DNA from: Octopus vulgaris
Taxonomy: Eukaryota
Assembly (NCBI GenBank): GCA_951406725.2
Contig: OX597837.1
Location: 12,772,001-12,836,000 of the forward strand
Length of the DNA: 64,000 nucleotides
Direction of reading: 5' to 3'
Shown: one piece after another, positions 39,086 through 57,162 of the stretch
How positions within the stretch are numbered: position 1 is the stretch's first letter
Layout of the letters: each line of letters opens with the position of its first letter
Translations under genes and position numbers: made by a program
Notes under the pieces: model-generated
Databases searched by the model: none
What the model was told of the DNA's origin: nothing
The model's input: the letters and a program-made list of their open reading frames with translations, nothing else

Positions 39086-40549
39086 ATGTCGAAATTTACC
39101 AGTTGTATTAAGCGTTATTGTTCGTGTCGATGGAGACTGTGCTACGCCTGTGCTATTGCTTTTCTTCTCACGCAAACATTAAGAGTCGATCTGAGCATGG
39201 CTTTTGTGTGTATGTTGAAAACGCCCAATCGTACAACTGAGGAACTTAACATTACTGCAAATAATCATCATTGTTCTGGTTTAAATGATCATTCTCCGAA
39301 CCAAAATTACGAAGGGGAATTAGAATGGAGCGATACATTACAATCAAACATGTTGGCCGGATTCTTCTATGGATACGTATCGACTAATATTTTGGCTGGT
39401 GTATTGGCAGACAAATACGGCGGGAAAAGAGTTTTAGGGGTTTCCTTTCTCTCGGCATCAATTTTGACCATTCTTCACCCAAGTTTATCTCGAATTAGCG
39501 GTTACATTACTCTGGTTCTAAGGATATTAACGGGTGTGGCTTTAGGATCGATATTTCCAGGAATCCAGTCTTTGTTTGGACGTTGGGTCCCTCCAGAACA
39601 AATTAGTTTATTTGTAGGGATTACACTGGCTGGTCAAATTCTCGGGAATATATTAGGCTTTTCAATATCAGGTTTTCTTTGTGTTTATGGCTTTGATAAT
39701 GGATGGGGTTCTATATTTTATATATTTGGTGGAATATGTTTGGTTTTTAGTTGTGTGTGGTTTTATGTTGTTTACGACAATCCAGACGTCCATCCCACAA
39801 TCAGCGAAGAAGAACGTTCTTACTTAAACAAAACTATTACAAGTGAAAAAGAAGTTAAGAAAATACCTTGGAAGCCAATGCTATCCTCACCTGCTTTGTG
39901 GGCAATTACTTTCGGTTTATTTGCTTATGGCTGGACTGATTTATCTTTCCAGACATTGCTTCCTCTGTATATGAAAGAAGCCTTAAACGTTAAAACCACA
40001 ACCAACGGTTTAATGTCGTCTGCTCCTTCCATTGGACAAATCTTCGCTTTACCTTTGTGGGGGAAACTTGCTGATGTTTTACGTTCAAAGAAATGTCTGT
40101 CAACTCGTTCTGTGCGAGTTTTATTCCACACTTTGTCTATGTTAGGTTCAGCAAGTCTGCTGATTGCCATAGGATTCCTCAGATGTGACCAAACCATTCT
40201 AATAAGTCTCCTTTTGTTTTTCAGTGGTATAATAATGTCGTTTTCTAGTGGTTCTGTTTTCGTCAACCACAATGACATTGCTCCAAGTTATGCTGGTATT
40301 GTGTTTGGAATTGCCAACACTTTCGCCACAACGTCTGGCAGTATCAGTTCCTTAACTACAAAAGCCTTAACCCCAAACGGTACACAACAAGAATGGCAAC
40401 TCGTGTTTGTCTTATGTGCCGCTATATGTGTGTGTGGTGCGATATTGTATGCAACTATGGCAAGAGGCGAAATCCAAGAATGGGCGCGTAGCGACGAGTC
40501 TGACGTATCTGTTCATCTCAAAGACTCAAAGAGAGAGAAAACAGTTTAA
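39086..40549 (+). CDS. Sialin-like SLC17 family MFS transporter, copy 5 (487 aa, intronless CDS)
   Basis: SLC17 motifs; full ORF from ATG. Confidence 0.93.
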   Translation: MSKFTSCIKRYCSCRWRLCYACAIAFLLTQTLRVDLSMAFVCMLKTPNRTTEELNITANNHHCSGLNDHSPNQNYEGELEWSDTLQSNMLAGFFYGYVSTNILAGVLADKYGGKRVLGVSFLSASILTILHPSLSRISGYITLVLRILTGVALGSIFPGIQSLFGRWVPPEQISLFVGITLAGQILGNILGFSISGFLCVYGFDNGWGSIFYIFGGICLVFSCVWFYVVYDNPDVHPTISEEERSYLNKTITSEKEVKKIPWKPMLSSPALWAITFGLFAYGWTDLSFQTLLPLYMKEALNVKTTTNGLMSSAPSIGQIFALPLWGKLADVLRSKKCLSTRSVRVLFHTLSMLGSASLLIAIGFLRCDQTILISLLLFFSGIIMSFSSGSVFVNHNDIAPSYAGIVFGIANTFATTSGSISSLTTKALTPNGTQQEWQLVFVLCAAICVCGAILYATMARGEIQEWARSDESDVSVHLKDSKREKTV

Positions 40550-40793
40550 ATAGCTTTCTGGGAATTTACAAGCAAGTGCACGTGACATTGTTATTGTATC
40601 TAGCAATACATAAGTGTGTTTATATACGTCTGTATGTATGTATATATACATATATATATATATAAGAATTATTTTTATTATTATTCTATGTTTGACTTTT
40701 GCTTTATGTCTGTACAAGTTGGCTCCAAGTCTCACCCAGAGACCTCAAGAGACAACAGGTTAGAAGTTCTGTGCCATATATTTGGTGGGGGGG

Positions 40794-40848
<55 letters not shown>

Positions 40849-42099
40849 TTTATAAAGGATTGACATAACTCTTCACAAAGGTAAACAAGTCAAAGAGCGC
40901 GATTCGATTGTAAGATATTTTATAAGTTGAGCGATATTTCAAAAGTACGTCTGTCTTTTGTGAAGTTGAAAATAAGAAGTAATAAAAATTCAAAATTACA
41001 GAAATGTAAACGTCCCCACTCCCCCAAAATTTCGGGCCTTGTGCCTAGAGTAGAAAAGAATATTATAAGAGTTGAATAAGTTTATTGTTCGTGTAGTAAG
41101 CTACGAAATCCTTACATTCTCTCGATTTCCTGTAATTATGAACGCCTCATGGCTCCAATAGACAAAATTGAAACAACATCGCCCCGGAGGATGGCGAGGA
41201 AGATGCGCATGAACAGCCACTCAGATTCAAGGATAGACGGACAATTTGTCGATAGACAACTTACAGACAGGACAATTGACCGATCGGACAATTTGCCGAA
41301 AAGACAATATGTCGAAATCTTTTCAAAACAAAGTCAAAATTACGAAAAAAACTTGATTAGACTTACAAATAAAAACAATTTATTTATAAAAAGACTTTAT
41401 GTACAATAGGTCGACATATGAAAAAATCACAAAAAGTTTTGTTAATCTTACAAATAGAAATAAAGATACCCCATACAATTATAGGCTCGTACCCTTAAAT
41501 ATTCCAACCCAGCTTCATCGTCGTAATTAAGAACAACGGTTTTAAGTCTTTCCTTAAGGTGAATGTATTTTTTGCTTTTCTTTGCCTCTTCAACCCCTGA
41601 TATGGACAGTTCTATTACCATTTCGGGGTGTGACTGTTCTACCCTAAGCTTCCCAGTTAATTTGGATAATTAATTAAGGTGATGGACGTTAACTCTTCTA
41701 CTGAAGGCGTGGTGCCACCCTTCAAGAGAGTTGTTGGTTTTCGGGAGATCATGGAGAATTCTGTTGTATCAAAACCATAAAGAAACGTCGTATAGGGGTC
41801 GTGTGCGTACGATTCCTACCCAAGTACACTGAAAATAAGACAAGAACTCCTCCAAAATTTCATCAGTTTGAGATCTTACAGAATGAAGGAATTGTCCAAA
41901 CAATGTAGCTGCATCATTGGGTGGTACGAAGGCTGACGCTTGCAGCTGTTTTATAATATGTGAATTTTCCTCCTTCGGTGTACCACGTTTGTAAACCTGC
42001 AGCCTGTATCTTGCGCCATAAACACTGTCCTCAGTGAAAAAAACAACCAAATACAGAAACGTGAAGAATTTTTTTCATGCTGTTTATAGTTGCTTTCTC

Positions 42100-42484
42100 T
42101 CGGAGGCGCAATGGCCCAGTGGTTAGGGCAGCGGATTCGCGCTCGTAGGATCGCGGTTTCGATTCCCAGACCGGGCGTTGTGAGTGTTTATTGAGCGAAA
42201 ACACCTAAAAGCTCCACGAGGCTCCGGCAGGGGATGGTGGTGATCCCTGCTGTACTCTTTCACCACAACTTTCTCTCAGTCTTACTTCCTGTTTCTGTTG
42301 TACCTGCATTTCAAGGGGCCGGCCTTGTCACTCTCTGTGTCACGCTGAATATCCCCGAGAACTACGTTAAGGGTGCACGTGTCTGTGGAGTGTTCAGCCA
42401 CTTGCACGTTAATTTCACGAGCAGGCTGTTCCGTTGAATCGGATCAACCGGAACCCTCGTCGTCGTAACCGACGGAGTACTTCC
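42100..42484 (+). mobile_element. Full-length SINE family A with 12-bp TSD agttgctttctc
   Basis: TSD at 42088-42099 and 42485-42496; tRNA-like head. Confidence 0.9.
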
Positions 42485-42764
42485 AGTTGCTTTCTCCAAG
42501 ACAACTGTAATTCATTTCACACTCAAATTCCTTTCTTCTTTAATGAATTTAAATACCAAATCATAATCTGCTTCAGATATTTTGTTTGTTATGCAATAAA
42601 GTAGAGGTACAGTTTTACTTTCACAAATTAGTGCAGCATGGATCGTGGATAACTGCTTACCTAAAGGAGGCACAGTCAAACGTTCCGTCACAAAACCACT
42701 GACTTTTCTTGGATAGAATTTCTAAATTTTTCCCAGAACCAAATATCGAAACCTCATCCTTTTT

Positions 42765-43187
42765 ATACTCTTTTACTCTTTTTACTCTTTTACTCTTTTA
42801 CTTGTTTCAGTCATTTGACTGCGGCCATGCTGGAGCACCGCCTTTAGTCGAGCAACTCGACCCCGGGACTTATTCTTTGTAAGCCCAGTACTTATTCTAT
42901 CGGACTCTTTTGCCGAACCGCTAGGTGACGGGGACGTAAACACATCAGCATCGGTTGTCAAGCAATGCTGGGGGGACAACCACAGACACACAAACACACA
43001 CACACACACATACACATATATATATACATATATACGACGGGCTTCTTTCAGTTTCCGTCTACCAAATCCACTTACAAGGCATTGGTCGGCCCGGGGCTAT
43101 AGCAGAAGACACTTGCCCAAGATGCCACGCAGTTGGACTGAACCCGGAACCATGTGGTTGGTAAGCAAGCTACTTACCACACAGCCA
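42765..43187 (-). mobile_element. SINE family B
   Basis: Homology to 5668 copy; (AAAAGAGT)n tail. Confidence 0.85.
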
Positions 43188-43561
43188 ATATTTTGATGGC
43201 TTTTTTATATAGTAAAAAATGATTACCTCTTCGTGTTTTATACAATTCATCCTCATTAATAACTTTGCCTTTTCCATCGCACTGTTCGTTCAAGAGATTC
43301 CACTTTCGGTAAACATCCAGCAACGCTCAAGCTGATATCAGAAGCTACGGTTTCAAGTACAGAGCTTGGCAATTGTTCAGCTCGTCAGCTTTATTTCTTC
43401 CTTAACCTTTGCGGCATTGATTTTCAATCGGCGTAGGTGGATGCAGGTGTTCAGAAGCAGTTGAGCTAATTTCATCATCAATCGGTGTCAGATTACGATT
43501 TGCGCATCTCCAATAAGTTTTTTTTCTTTTCTGGTTCTATCAATAATATTCTTTCTTTTAT

Positions 43562-43966
43562 TTTATTCTTTTACTTGTTTCAGTCATTTGACTGCGGCCA
43601 TGCTGGAGCACCGCTTTTAGTCGAGCAAATCGACCTCGGGACTTATTCTTTGTAAGCCCAGTACTTATTCTATCGGTCTCTTTTGCCGAACCACTAAGTG
43701 ACGGGGACGTAAACACACCAGCATCGGTTGTCAAGCAATGCTAAGGAGACAAACACAGACACACAAACACACATATATATATATATATATATACATATAT
43801 ACGACAGGCTTCTTTCAGTTTCCGTCTACTAAATCCACTCACAAGGCATTGGTCGGCCCGAGGCTATAGCAGAAGACACTTGCCCAAGATGCCACGCAGT
43901 TGGACTGAACCCGGAACCATGTGGCTGGTTAGCAAGATACTTACCACACAGCCACTCCTGCGCCTA
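43562..43966 (-). mobile_element. SINE family B, full length
   Basis: Homology to other family B copies. Confidence 0.85.
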
Positions 43967-44770
43967 TATAGACATGTCCTTTGTATAGAAACTTTCTGCC
44001 TCCTCGTTCCGTTTTGATGAACTCCATGATCGATACTTCCGCATGTCGACTTATTGTCCAATCTACCAATTGTCCAATCTACCAATTGTCCAATCTACCA
44101 ATTGTCCAATCGGCGAATTGTTTGCATAGGGAAGCAAGGGGCAGGCACGTCACCAAGGCTTTTGTAACTTGGCCTTTTTCTTCATAGTTTTGTTGGTCCT
44201 AACCAAATCCATTTTGATCTTTGGGAAGAGCTAGTCCGTATTAGTGTGTCCCCTATCCTTTGACCTGTCCAGCATGGAATCCCCTACTAGATGCTTGGCC
44301 TGGCTGGGATAGTTTTAAAGATCATTGAGGCACACAAGGCAAACAAGGTACCGCGTTGCATAAGGGCTGGGCGTTGTGGCGATAAGGGAACTTTTGTAAG
44401 ATCTTGAAAACCAGATTATTTATCTAATCTAAATAAAAGACAAACACTTTTATCCCTTCTTTCCGCACCTTACATTACGCTACACAGAGGCAATGGTATG
44501 CAAAGGGAAGGTGGCCCTCTGTCTCCCTGGGTGGGGGGGGCAGCGTTGCTTATTTAATGAATGCAAATCCTTCATCGGATTTCTAGTAACTATTTTTATC
44601 TTTTAATCTGTTTATCTCTAGCTTTGTCGTCTTTTGTGTTTATGTTTACTGATATAAAACTAATGTTCTGTCAAAAAATTCAACATTTTATATGGAGATT
44701 CTACGCGTACACACAGACACACACACGGACACACGAATAAGTGTGTGAGTAAGTATTTATGTGTATATAG

Positions 44771-44956
44771 ACACCGAGGTATTTGTAGTAAAACTTGATC
44801 TGGCTTACAATGTCACCGTGAACCGACTGACATCGCCAACGAAGTTATTGGGTTACTTTGCCGGAATACAAACCTTGATGATTGACATTATCAAGATTTG
44901 TATTCCGACAACGTAACCCGATATCTTCGTTGGCGATGTCAGTCGGTTCACGGTGA

Positions 44957-44963
<7 letters not shown>
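44771..44963. repeat. 158-nt fold-back element (44806-44963) with 35-nt unique flank; MITE-like, TA-bounded
   Basis: tacaatgtcaccgtgaaccgactgacatcgccaacgaag ... cttcgttggcgatgtcagtcggttcacggtgacattgta. Confidence 0.9.
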
Positions 44964-45011
<48 letters not shown>

Positions 45012-45055
45012 GGAGAAACACATCTTAATCAATGATCAACTACCAGATAATACCC

Positions 45056-45153
<98 letters not shown>

Positions 45154-45192
45154 ATATATATATGTGTATATATAAATATATAAATATATATA

Positions 45193-45234
<42 letters not shown>

Positions 45235-45276
45235 TATATATGTATGTATATATATATAAACATATATATTTATATA

Positions 45277-45839
<563 letters not shown>

Positions 45840-46071
45840 TATATATATGCATGAGGCGTGTGTGTTGCTTGAGTGAGTATATCTTCATATCGCTGTGTCC
45901 TTTATGAGTACGTGTGACCGCGCGCGCTTGTGTGTGTCTGCGCCTGCGTGCTTGAGTCATATATGTATGTAACGATGGAGATTGAATGACGAAGTTTTTA
46001 CATCAGAGAAATGATCGAAAAAAACAAAATTTGATTGATTATTGATATGGTCATTTATTATTTATCAATTA

Positions 46072-46470
46072 CTAGAAGTATCGCCCAGCGTTGCACGGGT
46101 TTGTTTTCTTTTCGACTCTTTAGAATTGGAATTTTGAAAAGTAACAATCTTGCTTTATGTAGCTTGTTATTCTCTTTAAGTGAACATTTTTCTGGTTGAA
46201 ATACACCGAAAAATGGCGACACAGCAGTCAAAAAATCGTAAAAAATAGGGATTTTCATAGAAAAAAAGCACCTTTTTGATGTAAATAATTTTTGGTGTTA
46301 ACATGGTCCGATTTGAATTTTTTCTTCTACGGAAGGAAGAGCAAGCCTTCTTCTATCACACTCTCAATTTTGGTCGACTTGCGCCGCAGGGTCTTGCAGG
46401 AGATAGTGTTAGTTGAAGGCTAGCAAACCTGCCACACACAGACAGACTACTTCAGCTTTATATATATAGA
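46072..46470 (-). mobile_element. Non-autonomous Helitron-like element (about 400 bp)
   Basis: Minus strand A|TCTATATATATAAAGCTG ... cccgtgcaacgctggg hairpin ... CTAG|T; second copy at 60381-60773. Confidence 0.75.
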
Positions 46471-46889
46471 TTACGTTGCTACTATGTTGAAAATGATTAT
46501 AATATTAGTCCTTACGATTTATAAGAAGTGACAACCATGTTGGCTTGTTTACCTCTTCGTTGTGTTGCGGTTCGGCAAAAGAGACCGATGGAATATGTGC
46601 CAAGATTAAAAAAAAAGTACTGAGGTCAAATTATTCGACTAAAAGCTGCCAAGGCAGTGCTACAGCATGGTCGCAGTCCAATAACTGAAACAATATAAAG
46701 AAAAAGACGAAAAGACGCGTGTGTGAGTGTGTGCGTCTGTTTGAGTGTATGTGTGTGTACGTATGTGGGTTCGTGTGTGTGTGTGTGTGTGTGTATTATT
46801 ATAGTCACATGGCAAGTACAAATTTACGCACTAATACATACAATATCTGTACTCATACACACAAGTACGCACACACACACACATGACAT

Positions 46890-47282
46890 ATTTCTTTACT
46901 ACCCACAAGGGGCTAAACACAGAGGGGACAAACAAGGACAGACAAACGGATTAAGTCGATTATATCGACCCCAGTGCGTAACTGGTACTTATTTAATCGA
47001 CCCCGAAAGGATGAAAGGCAAAGTTGACCTCGGCGGAATTTGAACTCAGAACGTATTAGCAGACAAGGGGCTAAACACAGAGGGGACAAACAAGGACAGA
47101 CAAACGGATTAAGTCGATTATATCGACCCCAGTGCGTAACTGGTACTTATTTAATCGACCCCCGAAAGGATGAAAGGCAAAGTTGACCTCGGCGGAATTT
47201 GAACTCAGAACGTAACGGCAGACGAAATACGGCTACGCATTTCGCCCGGCGTGCTAACGTTTCAGCCAGCTCACCGCCTTCA
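46890..47282 (-). mobile_element. SINE family C with partial tandem duplication, TSD cacacacacatgacata
   Basis: Reverse complement of the 34495 unit; flanking direct repeat. Confidence 0.85.
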
Positions 47283-47289
47283 CACACAC

Positions 47290-47640
47290 ACATGACATAG
47301 CCACACATACGCACAGGAAATACAAAGTTACGCTTATGTACACCCACGCAACGCAGTTCTGTACACACCCGCAACGGCACACAATAGACAATGTCAACAT
47401 CAACGTTTGTGTTCTCGGTCACCCAGTGACTTCGTTTCGGATGACAAGCAGCAGGGGGCGGAAACGTGTAAGCCTCACCGAGTTTTGCAATAAATACATT
47501 GTGTGTACGCATGCGCACTGACTTCCTGGGTGCGTGACTGCGTAAATGGAAACACTGAAGCAGGCAGGTCGTCCGTTTCACTCTGCAACCACTTGGTTTC
47601 GGGTTAGAAGGAAACTGTATGGAAGATCGTCCTACACACA
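47290..47640. repeat. CpG-rich non-coding block duplicated at 55155-55545, with CTCF-like, NRF1-like and ETS-like motifs
   Basis: Near-identical text; agcagcagggggcgg, cgcatgcgca, acttcctg. Confidence 0.75.
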
Positions 47641-47656
47641 TTCATATATACATAGA

Positions 47657-47696
<40 letters not shown>

Positions 47697-47790
47697 TATA
47701 TATACATGTATATATATATATATATATATAAATATATATACATATATATAATATACATATATATATAAATATATATACATATATATATAA

Positions 47791-47893
<103 letters not shown>

Positions 47894-47897
47894 AAGT

Positions 47898-48092
47898 GAA
47901 AGAAGCTCGTCGTACATATATATATACAAATATACGACGGACTTCTTTCAATTTCCGTCTACCAAATCCACTCACAAGGCTTTGGTCGGCTCGAGGCTAT
48001 CGTAGAAGGCACTTGCCCAAGGTGCCACGCTGTGGGACGGAACCCGGAACCATGTGGTTTTTAAGCAAGCTACTTACCACATAGCCACTCCA
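47898..48092 (-). mobile_element. SINE family B 5' portion
   Basis: Homology to other family B copies. Confidence 0.75.
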
Positions 48093-48334
48093 GTGCAAAT
48101 AACATGAAATACGTAAACAAACAACGAAAAAGCGAGTGCAATGCGTAAACAACAAGAAAATAATGGAAAACAGGGCAAGTAATCAGAGGGAAAGGACCCT
48201 CCATCAGTTGTCGGCTCTCTATCAACTCCACATTTACTGTATTTGTCCTGTTTCAATTTTTTTCTTGTTGTTTACGTATTTCATATGTTATTTGCACAGT
48301 TGGTGATGTCCTGTACCCATACATGCGTATATAA

Positions 48335-50385
48335 CCCTGAACCTGACACCTCCACACTCATTCGACTGGCCGAACTTGCCCTTACTCTCAACTGCTTCTC
48401 GTTCACGGGCGAGTTCTACCAACTCTGCGAACCTGTTCGTTGGCTATGTTGAGGCCCAAATATTCTCTAATTTCACTGGTCCCACTCCTGAACTATACGG
48501 TCGTTACATTGACGACATTATCGGTGCCACCTCACTCTCCCGTGAACATCTAGATTCCTTCCTCTCTTTCGTTCAATCTTTCCATCCAGTCCTCCACTTC
48601 ACCTCCACTATCTCCAACACCTCTGTCTCCTTCCTCGACATTTCGGTCAGCATTCTTCACTCCACTCTTACCACCTCCATTCACTACAAACACACAGACT
48701 CACACTCATACCTCAACTTCTCTTCATCCCACCCAGAACACACCAAGCTTTCCATCCCCTATTCCCAATTCCTCCGTCTACGTAGGCTCTGTAGTGACGA
48801 CCATGACTTTGAGACTCAGTCTCAACGTATGGCTCACCACTTCATCCTACGTGGATACCACCTCACCACTATCCACACCGCCCTTGCCAGAGCACGTTCC
48901 GTAGACCGTGCATCTGCTCTCTCTCCCCGAACCCGCCCTGTAGTCTCCCGCCTCCCTTCTCCCCTCACTTACCACCCCACGACCCTACCTCTCCAACGCA
49001 CCATTCTTCGAGCTTTCCGGCATCTCCAGTCCGACCCGTCCACTTCACACCTCTTCCCTAACCGACCCCTCCCCTCTTTCAAACGAGCCCATAACCTACG
49101 AGACCTTTTGGTCCATAGCTCCTTCCCTGACCCTACCTCCCAACCTGGCTCGTTCCCCTGCTCCCGCCCACGTTGCCGCACTTGCCCTTACCTCTCCAAC
49201 ACCACCCTCCTCACTGGCACCCATCATCGACCCTATCGCATCATCAACTCCTTCACCTGCACCTCCAGCAATATCATCTATTGCGTCTCTTGCTCTCTCT
49301 GCCATTCCCTGTACATCGGACAAACGGGACGCCGCTTGGCTGACCGGTTCGCGGAACACCTCTGTGACATCCGCCTTGCCAACGACACACCGGTCTCACG
49401 CCATTTCCGCTCCACCGGTCACTCCTCGCAACACCTGTCTGTGTTCGGTTTGTCCTTCCACAGAGGCCATCCGGATTCCCGTTTGCGCCGTGAACAGGAA
49501 TTGATCTTCTCTCTTCGCTCTTTTACGCCATTTGGTCTCAACCCCCCCCCCTCCTCATATAACCTCCCCCCTGACCCCTACTTCTCTTCAGTCCTTCATC
49601 CTTTCACCCCTACTCCTCTTCCCTTCTTCCCTCTTTCTTCTTCCCTCTTCCCTTTCCCTCTTTCTCTCTGCTCCCTCACTTCCCTTCTCTCTCTCTCCCC
49701 CTCTCCCTCTATCCTCCCTCCTCCTCTCCCCTCCTCTTCTCCTCTCCTTCCTTCTCCCCCTTCCCCCTCCTCTTTCCTTCTCCCCCCTCACCCCTCATCT
49801 CATCTCCCCCTTCCCTCTCTCCCCCTCATCTCTCCTCTCTCTCCCCCTTACCTGCCCCCTCTTCCCCTCTCCCCCTCATCTCCCCTCTCTACACTACACC
49901 ATACGACTTTACACATTACCCCTCCTCCTCCCTCTTCCCTCATCTCCTCTCTCTACACTACACCATACGACTTTACACATCACATCATATATACATGCAC
50001 ACGTCCAGACCTCTCATACGCACTAATACTCTCTCATACACACACACACACACTCTTCTCATACACACACACACACACACTCTTATGTTGGAGCGAGGTC
50101 ATTTAACCCTATTATCTCCCCTAATTTCGCTCTTGCGTCTCACGTTTGATCTTAGACTTCTGGCCGAAATCAGATCGCCATGTTGATTCGCTAGCCTCTG
50201 CACGCATTTTTTTTCTCTCCTTCTTTCTGTGTTTCTTCGAAACGTTAAAGACTTGTTTTATTTATATTTCCTGAGCGCCATACTAATACAATTGTTTGTT
50301 TGTATTCCACCTACCTTCGTCTTTTGTTTATTTCCGTAAACCTGCCTTCGTCTTTTGTCTATTTTCATAAAGCTTCCCGTTATAT
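48335..50385 (+). mobile_element. 5'-truncated C-rich Penelope-like retroelement (Neptune-like): RT C-half, Cys linker, GIY-YIG, pyrimidine-rich 3' region
   Basis: ANLFVG..YGRYIDD..SFLDI..KHTDSHSYL..SSHP..SIPYSQFLRLRRLCS..CSRPRCRTC..NIIYC..YIGQTGRRLADRFAEH..GLN; the QxxGxxMG motif is deleted at about 48425; ORF read-through past GLN is low-complexity. Confidence 0.88.
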
Positions 50386-50397
50386 ATACATATATAT

Positions 50398-53069
<2,672 letters not shown>

Positions 53070-53136
53070 TTGATTCGCTAGCTTCTGCACGCATTTTTTT
53101 CTCTCCTTGTTTCTTTCTGTGTTTCTTTTCTGTGTA

Positions 53137-53174
53137 TCTTTCTGTCGAAGAGCGTAGGCTCGAAACGTAAAAGA
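53137..53174 (+). ncRNA. Minimal hammerhead-like motif in a 3' end fragment (53070-53271) of the Neptune-like PLE family
   Basis: tcttt-CTGTCGA-A-GAGCgtagGCTC-GAAA-CG-TA-aaaga; flanks match 50180-50385. Confidence 0.55.
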
Positions 53175-53270
53175 CTTTTTCTATTTCTATTCCTGAGCGC
53201 TATACTAATACATTTGTTTGTTTGTATTCCACCTGCCTTCGTCTTTTGCTTTTTTTCGTAAACCTTCCCG

Positions 53271-53305
<35 letters not shown>

Positions 53306-53308
53306 TCG

Positions 53309-53772
<464 letters not shown>

Positions 53773-54439
53773 GTGATATATTCATTATTTAATTGAACGC
53801 GACGCATCTATTTCCAAGTAAGTTTATTTTCACCTTTTTGATGCGATTCTCTATTCTGTTTTCTTCTTCCGTCGTTCTCTAATTCCCTTTTTCTCTCCGT
53901 CTCTCCTTCACCATTTCTGTCACTCTCTCCTCCTGTTTCTCTTTTTCTTTCTCTCTCTCTCTCTCTCTCTCGTTGCTCACACGTGACCATCGTCCATCTT
54001 TCTTTTCATGCACGGACGGTTAAAAGAACTGACATGTTTTTCTCTCTATTCTACCTTTTCTCTTTTCAAAAGATTCTTTCTCCCAGCTTTCACTATTTTC
54101 CTCTCCTTCTTGTCTAACGACGCTCCATGTTTGTTGTCGTTCAGTTTCCTTACCCTTTTTCTTGTCATTTTTTGTTTCCCAATTTTGACCCTTCATAAAT
54201 CCTAAATTTTATTTTAGAACTTATGGGAGCAACTGCCTTTGGAGACTCATATTGTCTCATATTGTCGCTGAATGCTCGAAATGTGGAGTAGATAGACAGC
54301 CAACAACTGTGTTTACGTGTTCTGTTTTCCATTTTTTCTTGTTTACGTATTTCGCTCGTTTTCGTTTGTTTGTTTACGTACTTCATGTTATTTGCAACGT
54401 TTGTAACGTCCTGTACCCATATATATATATATGTGTATA

Positions 54440-54476
<37 letters not shown>

Positions 54477-54517
54477 ATGCATATATGTATGTATGTATGC
54501 ATGTATGTATGTATGTA

Positions 54518-54557
<40 letters not shown>

Positions 54558-54718
54558 AAGTTAATCCAAACAAGAAAGCACAAAAAAACACAACGCGAGG
54601 ACGTGGAACAAATATAGTATTATTGGACGCTCAGGAAAGAAGGAGGGTTTAACGTTTGGAGCGGAGCTCTTCGTCGGAAACAGGAGAAGGAAAGATCCAG
54701 AGAAGGGAAGACACACAC

Positions 54719-54798
<80 letters not shown>

Positions 54799-55735
54799 GC
54801 GCATGGCTCAGTGGTTAGAGCGTCGATGTATGTATGTATGTATGTATGTATGTATGTATGTATGTATGTATGTATGTATGTATGTATGTATGTATGCATG
54901 TATGTGTGTAGAACGAGATTCCACACCGCTGATAGTGTGTTTATGAATACACTCAGTGTGTGTATCCATGTGGTTGCGTGGGTGTGTGAGCGTGTGTTTG
55001 TGTGTGCTGGTGTGTGTATGTGTGTCTGTATGCGTATGTGTGGTGCGCGTGTGTTTGTGTATTATATATTATAGGGAGTCCCTTGGCAAGTACAAACTTG
55101 CGCACACATACAAACATGACATCTGCACTCACATACAAGTACACACACACACACATCACACATAGCAACACCTACGCACATGTAAGACGAAGGTGCGCTT
55201 ATTTGCACACACGCAGCGCAGTTCCGTACACACCCGCAACGGCACACGATCGACAATGTCAACATCGACGTTCGTGTTCTCGGTCACCCAGTGACCTCGT
55301 TCCGGATGACAAGCAGCAGGGGGCGGAAACGTGTAAGCCTCACCGAGTTTTGCAATAAATACATTGTGTGTACGCATGCGCACTGACTTCCTGGGTGCGT
55401 GACTGCGTAAATGGAAACAATGAAGCAGGCAGGTCGTCCGGTTCACTCTGCAACCACTTGGTTTCGGGTTCAGTCCCACTGGCCGACCAATGTTTTGTGA
55501 GTGAATTTTTTAGAAGGAAACTGTGTGGAATCTCGTTCTACATACGTACATATATACATACATGCAGACAGACAAACATATATACATATATACATACATA
55601 CATACAGACAGACAGACAGACAGACAAACATACATACATACGTACAGACAGACAGACAGACAAACATACATACATACATACATTCATACATACATACATA
55701 CATACAGACAAACATACATACATACATACATACAT

Positions 55736-55774
<39 letters not shown>

Positions 55775-57162
55775 TATATACATACATACATACAGACAGA
55801 TAGACAAACATACATATATACATACAGACAAACATACATACATACAGACAGACAGACAAACATATATATATATAAGGTATATATATACATGTATATATAT
55901 AAAGTGTGAGCAAAGTGAATGCGCAGAGATTAGGTGAAAAGTCTCCATATGATATGTAGTCAGACAGACAGACAGACAGACAGGTAGGTAAGTAGGTAGG
56001 TAGGTAGGTAGGTAGGTAGGTAGGTAGGTAGGTAGGTAGGTAGGTAGGTAGGTAGGTAGACTGACAGACAGCTAGATGGATGGATACCAGACTTTTAAAA
56101 TAAAATAATCTGGGATTGACTTGTTGAACTAAACTCTTCAAGGGAGTACCCCAACATGGCTGTAGTCCAATGACTGAAACAGGTAAATTTGCAACAGGTA
56201 ATAACAAAATAAATACAAAAACAATAAAAATCCGAATGATTAATATTATCAGGTTAAAGTTCAAAGTAGGAAGAGTGTTATAAAGTAAAAGTTATGGAGT
56301 AAAAGTATAACGCTTCGGATAGAGTTCCTTCGTCGGATAAGAGAAGAAAGACGGCGGAGGGGATGAAAAGATAAGAAGAGAGGACCAGGGAATAATCGAA
56401 TGGTTTTCTAAGCGGTGACATTGTTCGTTCTTTCGAGTAAAGTAACTCACATGTATGACCTCTTACGCGTGCGTGCACACACACACACACACGCAGACAT
56501 ACATACATACATACATACATACATACATACATACATACATACATACATACATACATACATACATACATACATACATACATACATACATGCATGCATGCAT
56601 ACATACACACACATGTATTAAGAAAGTGTCATTAGAGCGGGAATAGACAGATTTTGTCCAAATGAATGTATATAGTTCTTGAGAAGACAATTCTTTAGAG
56701 AAAGCTTGCACTTTCTAATTGTAAAACTTTTCAATATCGATCATATTATTAACAAATATTCAGATTAATACATGAGTGAATTTCAAGTAATTATTGTTTT
56801 GTGTTTTAATACTTCTTTTTGTCCCAGCATGTATAGACAAAGGGAAGTGGAAGCAGGTCACACCTTTTAGTAGATGGATTCATAAACTTCTTTTCATTAG
56901 TTGAAACAAAAGAACCCCTTAAATGTATTGACTTGAGTGATTGGAACTGGTGTTAACCATGACTTTATTCGGGCTCCATCTCTGAACGCATGCCAGCGAT
57001 ATTTATTTTTTTTTTTATATTTTAGAATTAAAAAGGAATAATAATTATAATCTGTTATAAAATTCACCCGGAGGCTGGACTAAACAATGTTGTGGACCAT
57101 AATTTTGACATTCCTGCGAGAGATTTATTTACTCTGACCTCCTGTTCAGACACAACCATTCC

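Larger units (their letters stand above)
41234..44125 (-). mobile_element. Decayed Mutator-like (MULE) DNA transposon interrupted by three SINEs
   Basis: Minus strand AFVPP...FLSYFQCTWVG...RPLY...LW and TNNSLEGWH; inverted terminal subrepeats ggacaatt.. (41234-41310) / ..aattgtccaatc (44050-44125). Confidence 0.75.

Noticed and set aside
49560-50106. Pro/Ser/Leu-rich C-terminal extension of the 576-aa ORF
   Set aside because: Read-through into the C/T-rich 3' region of the Penelope-like element past the usual GLN terminus
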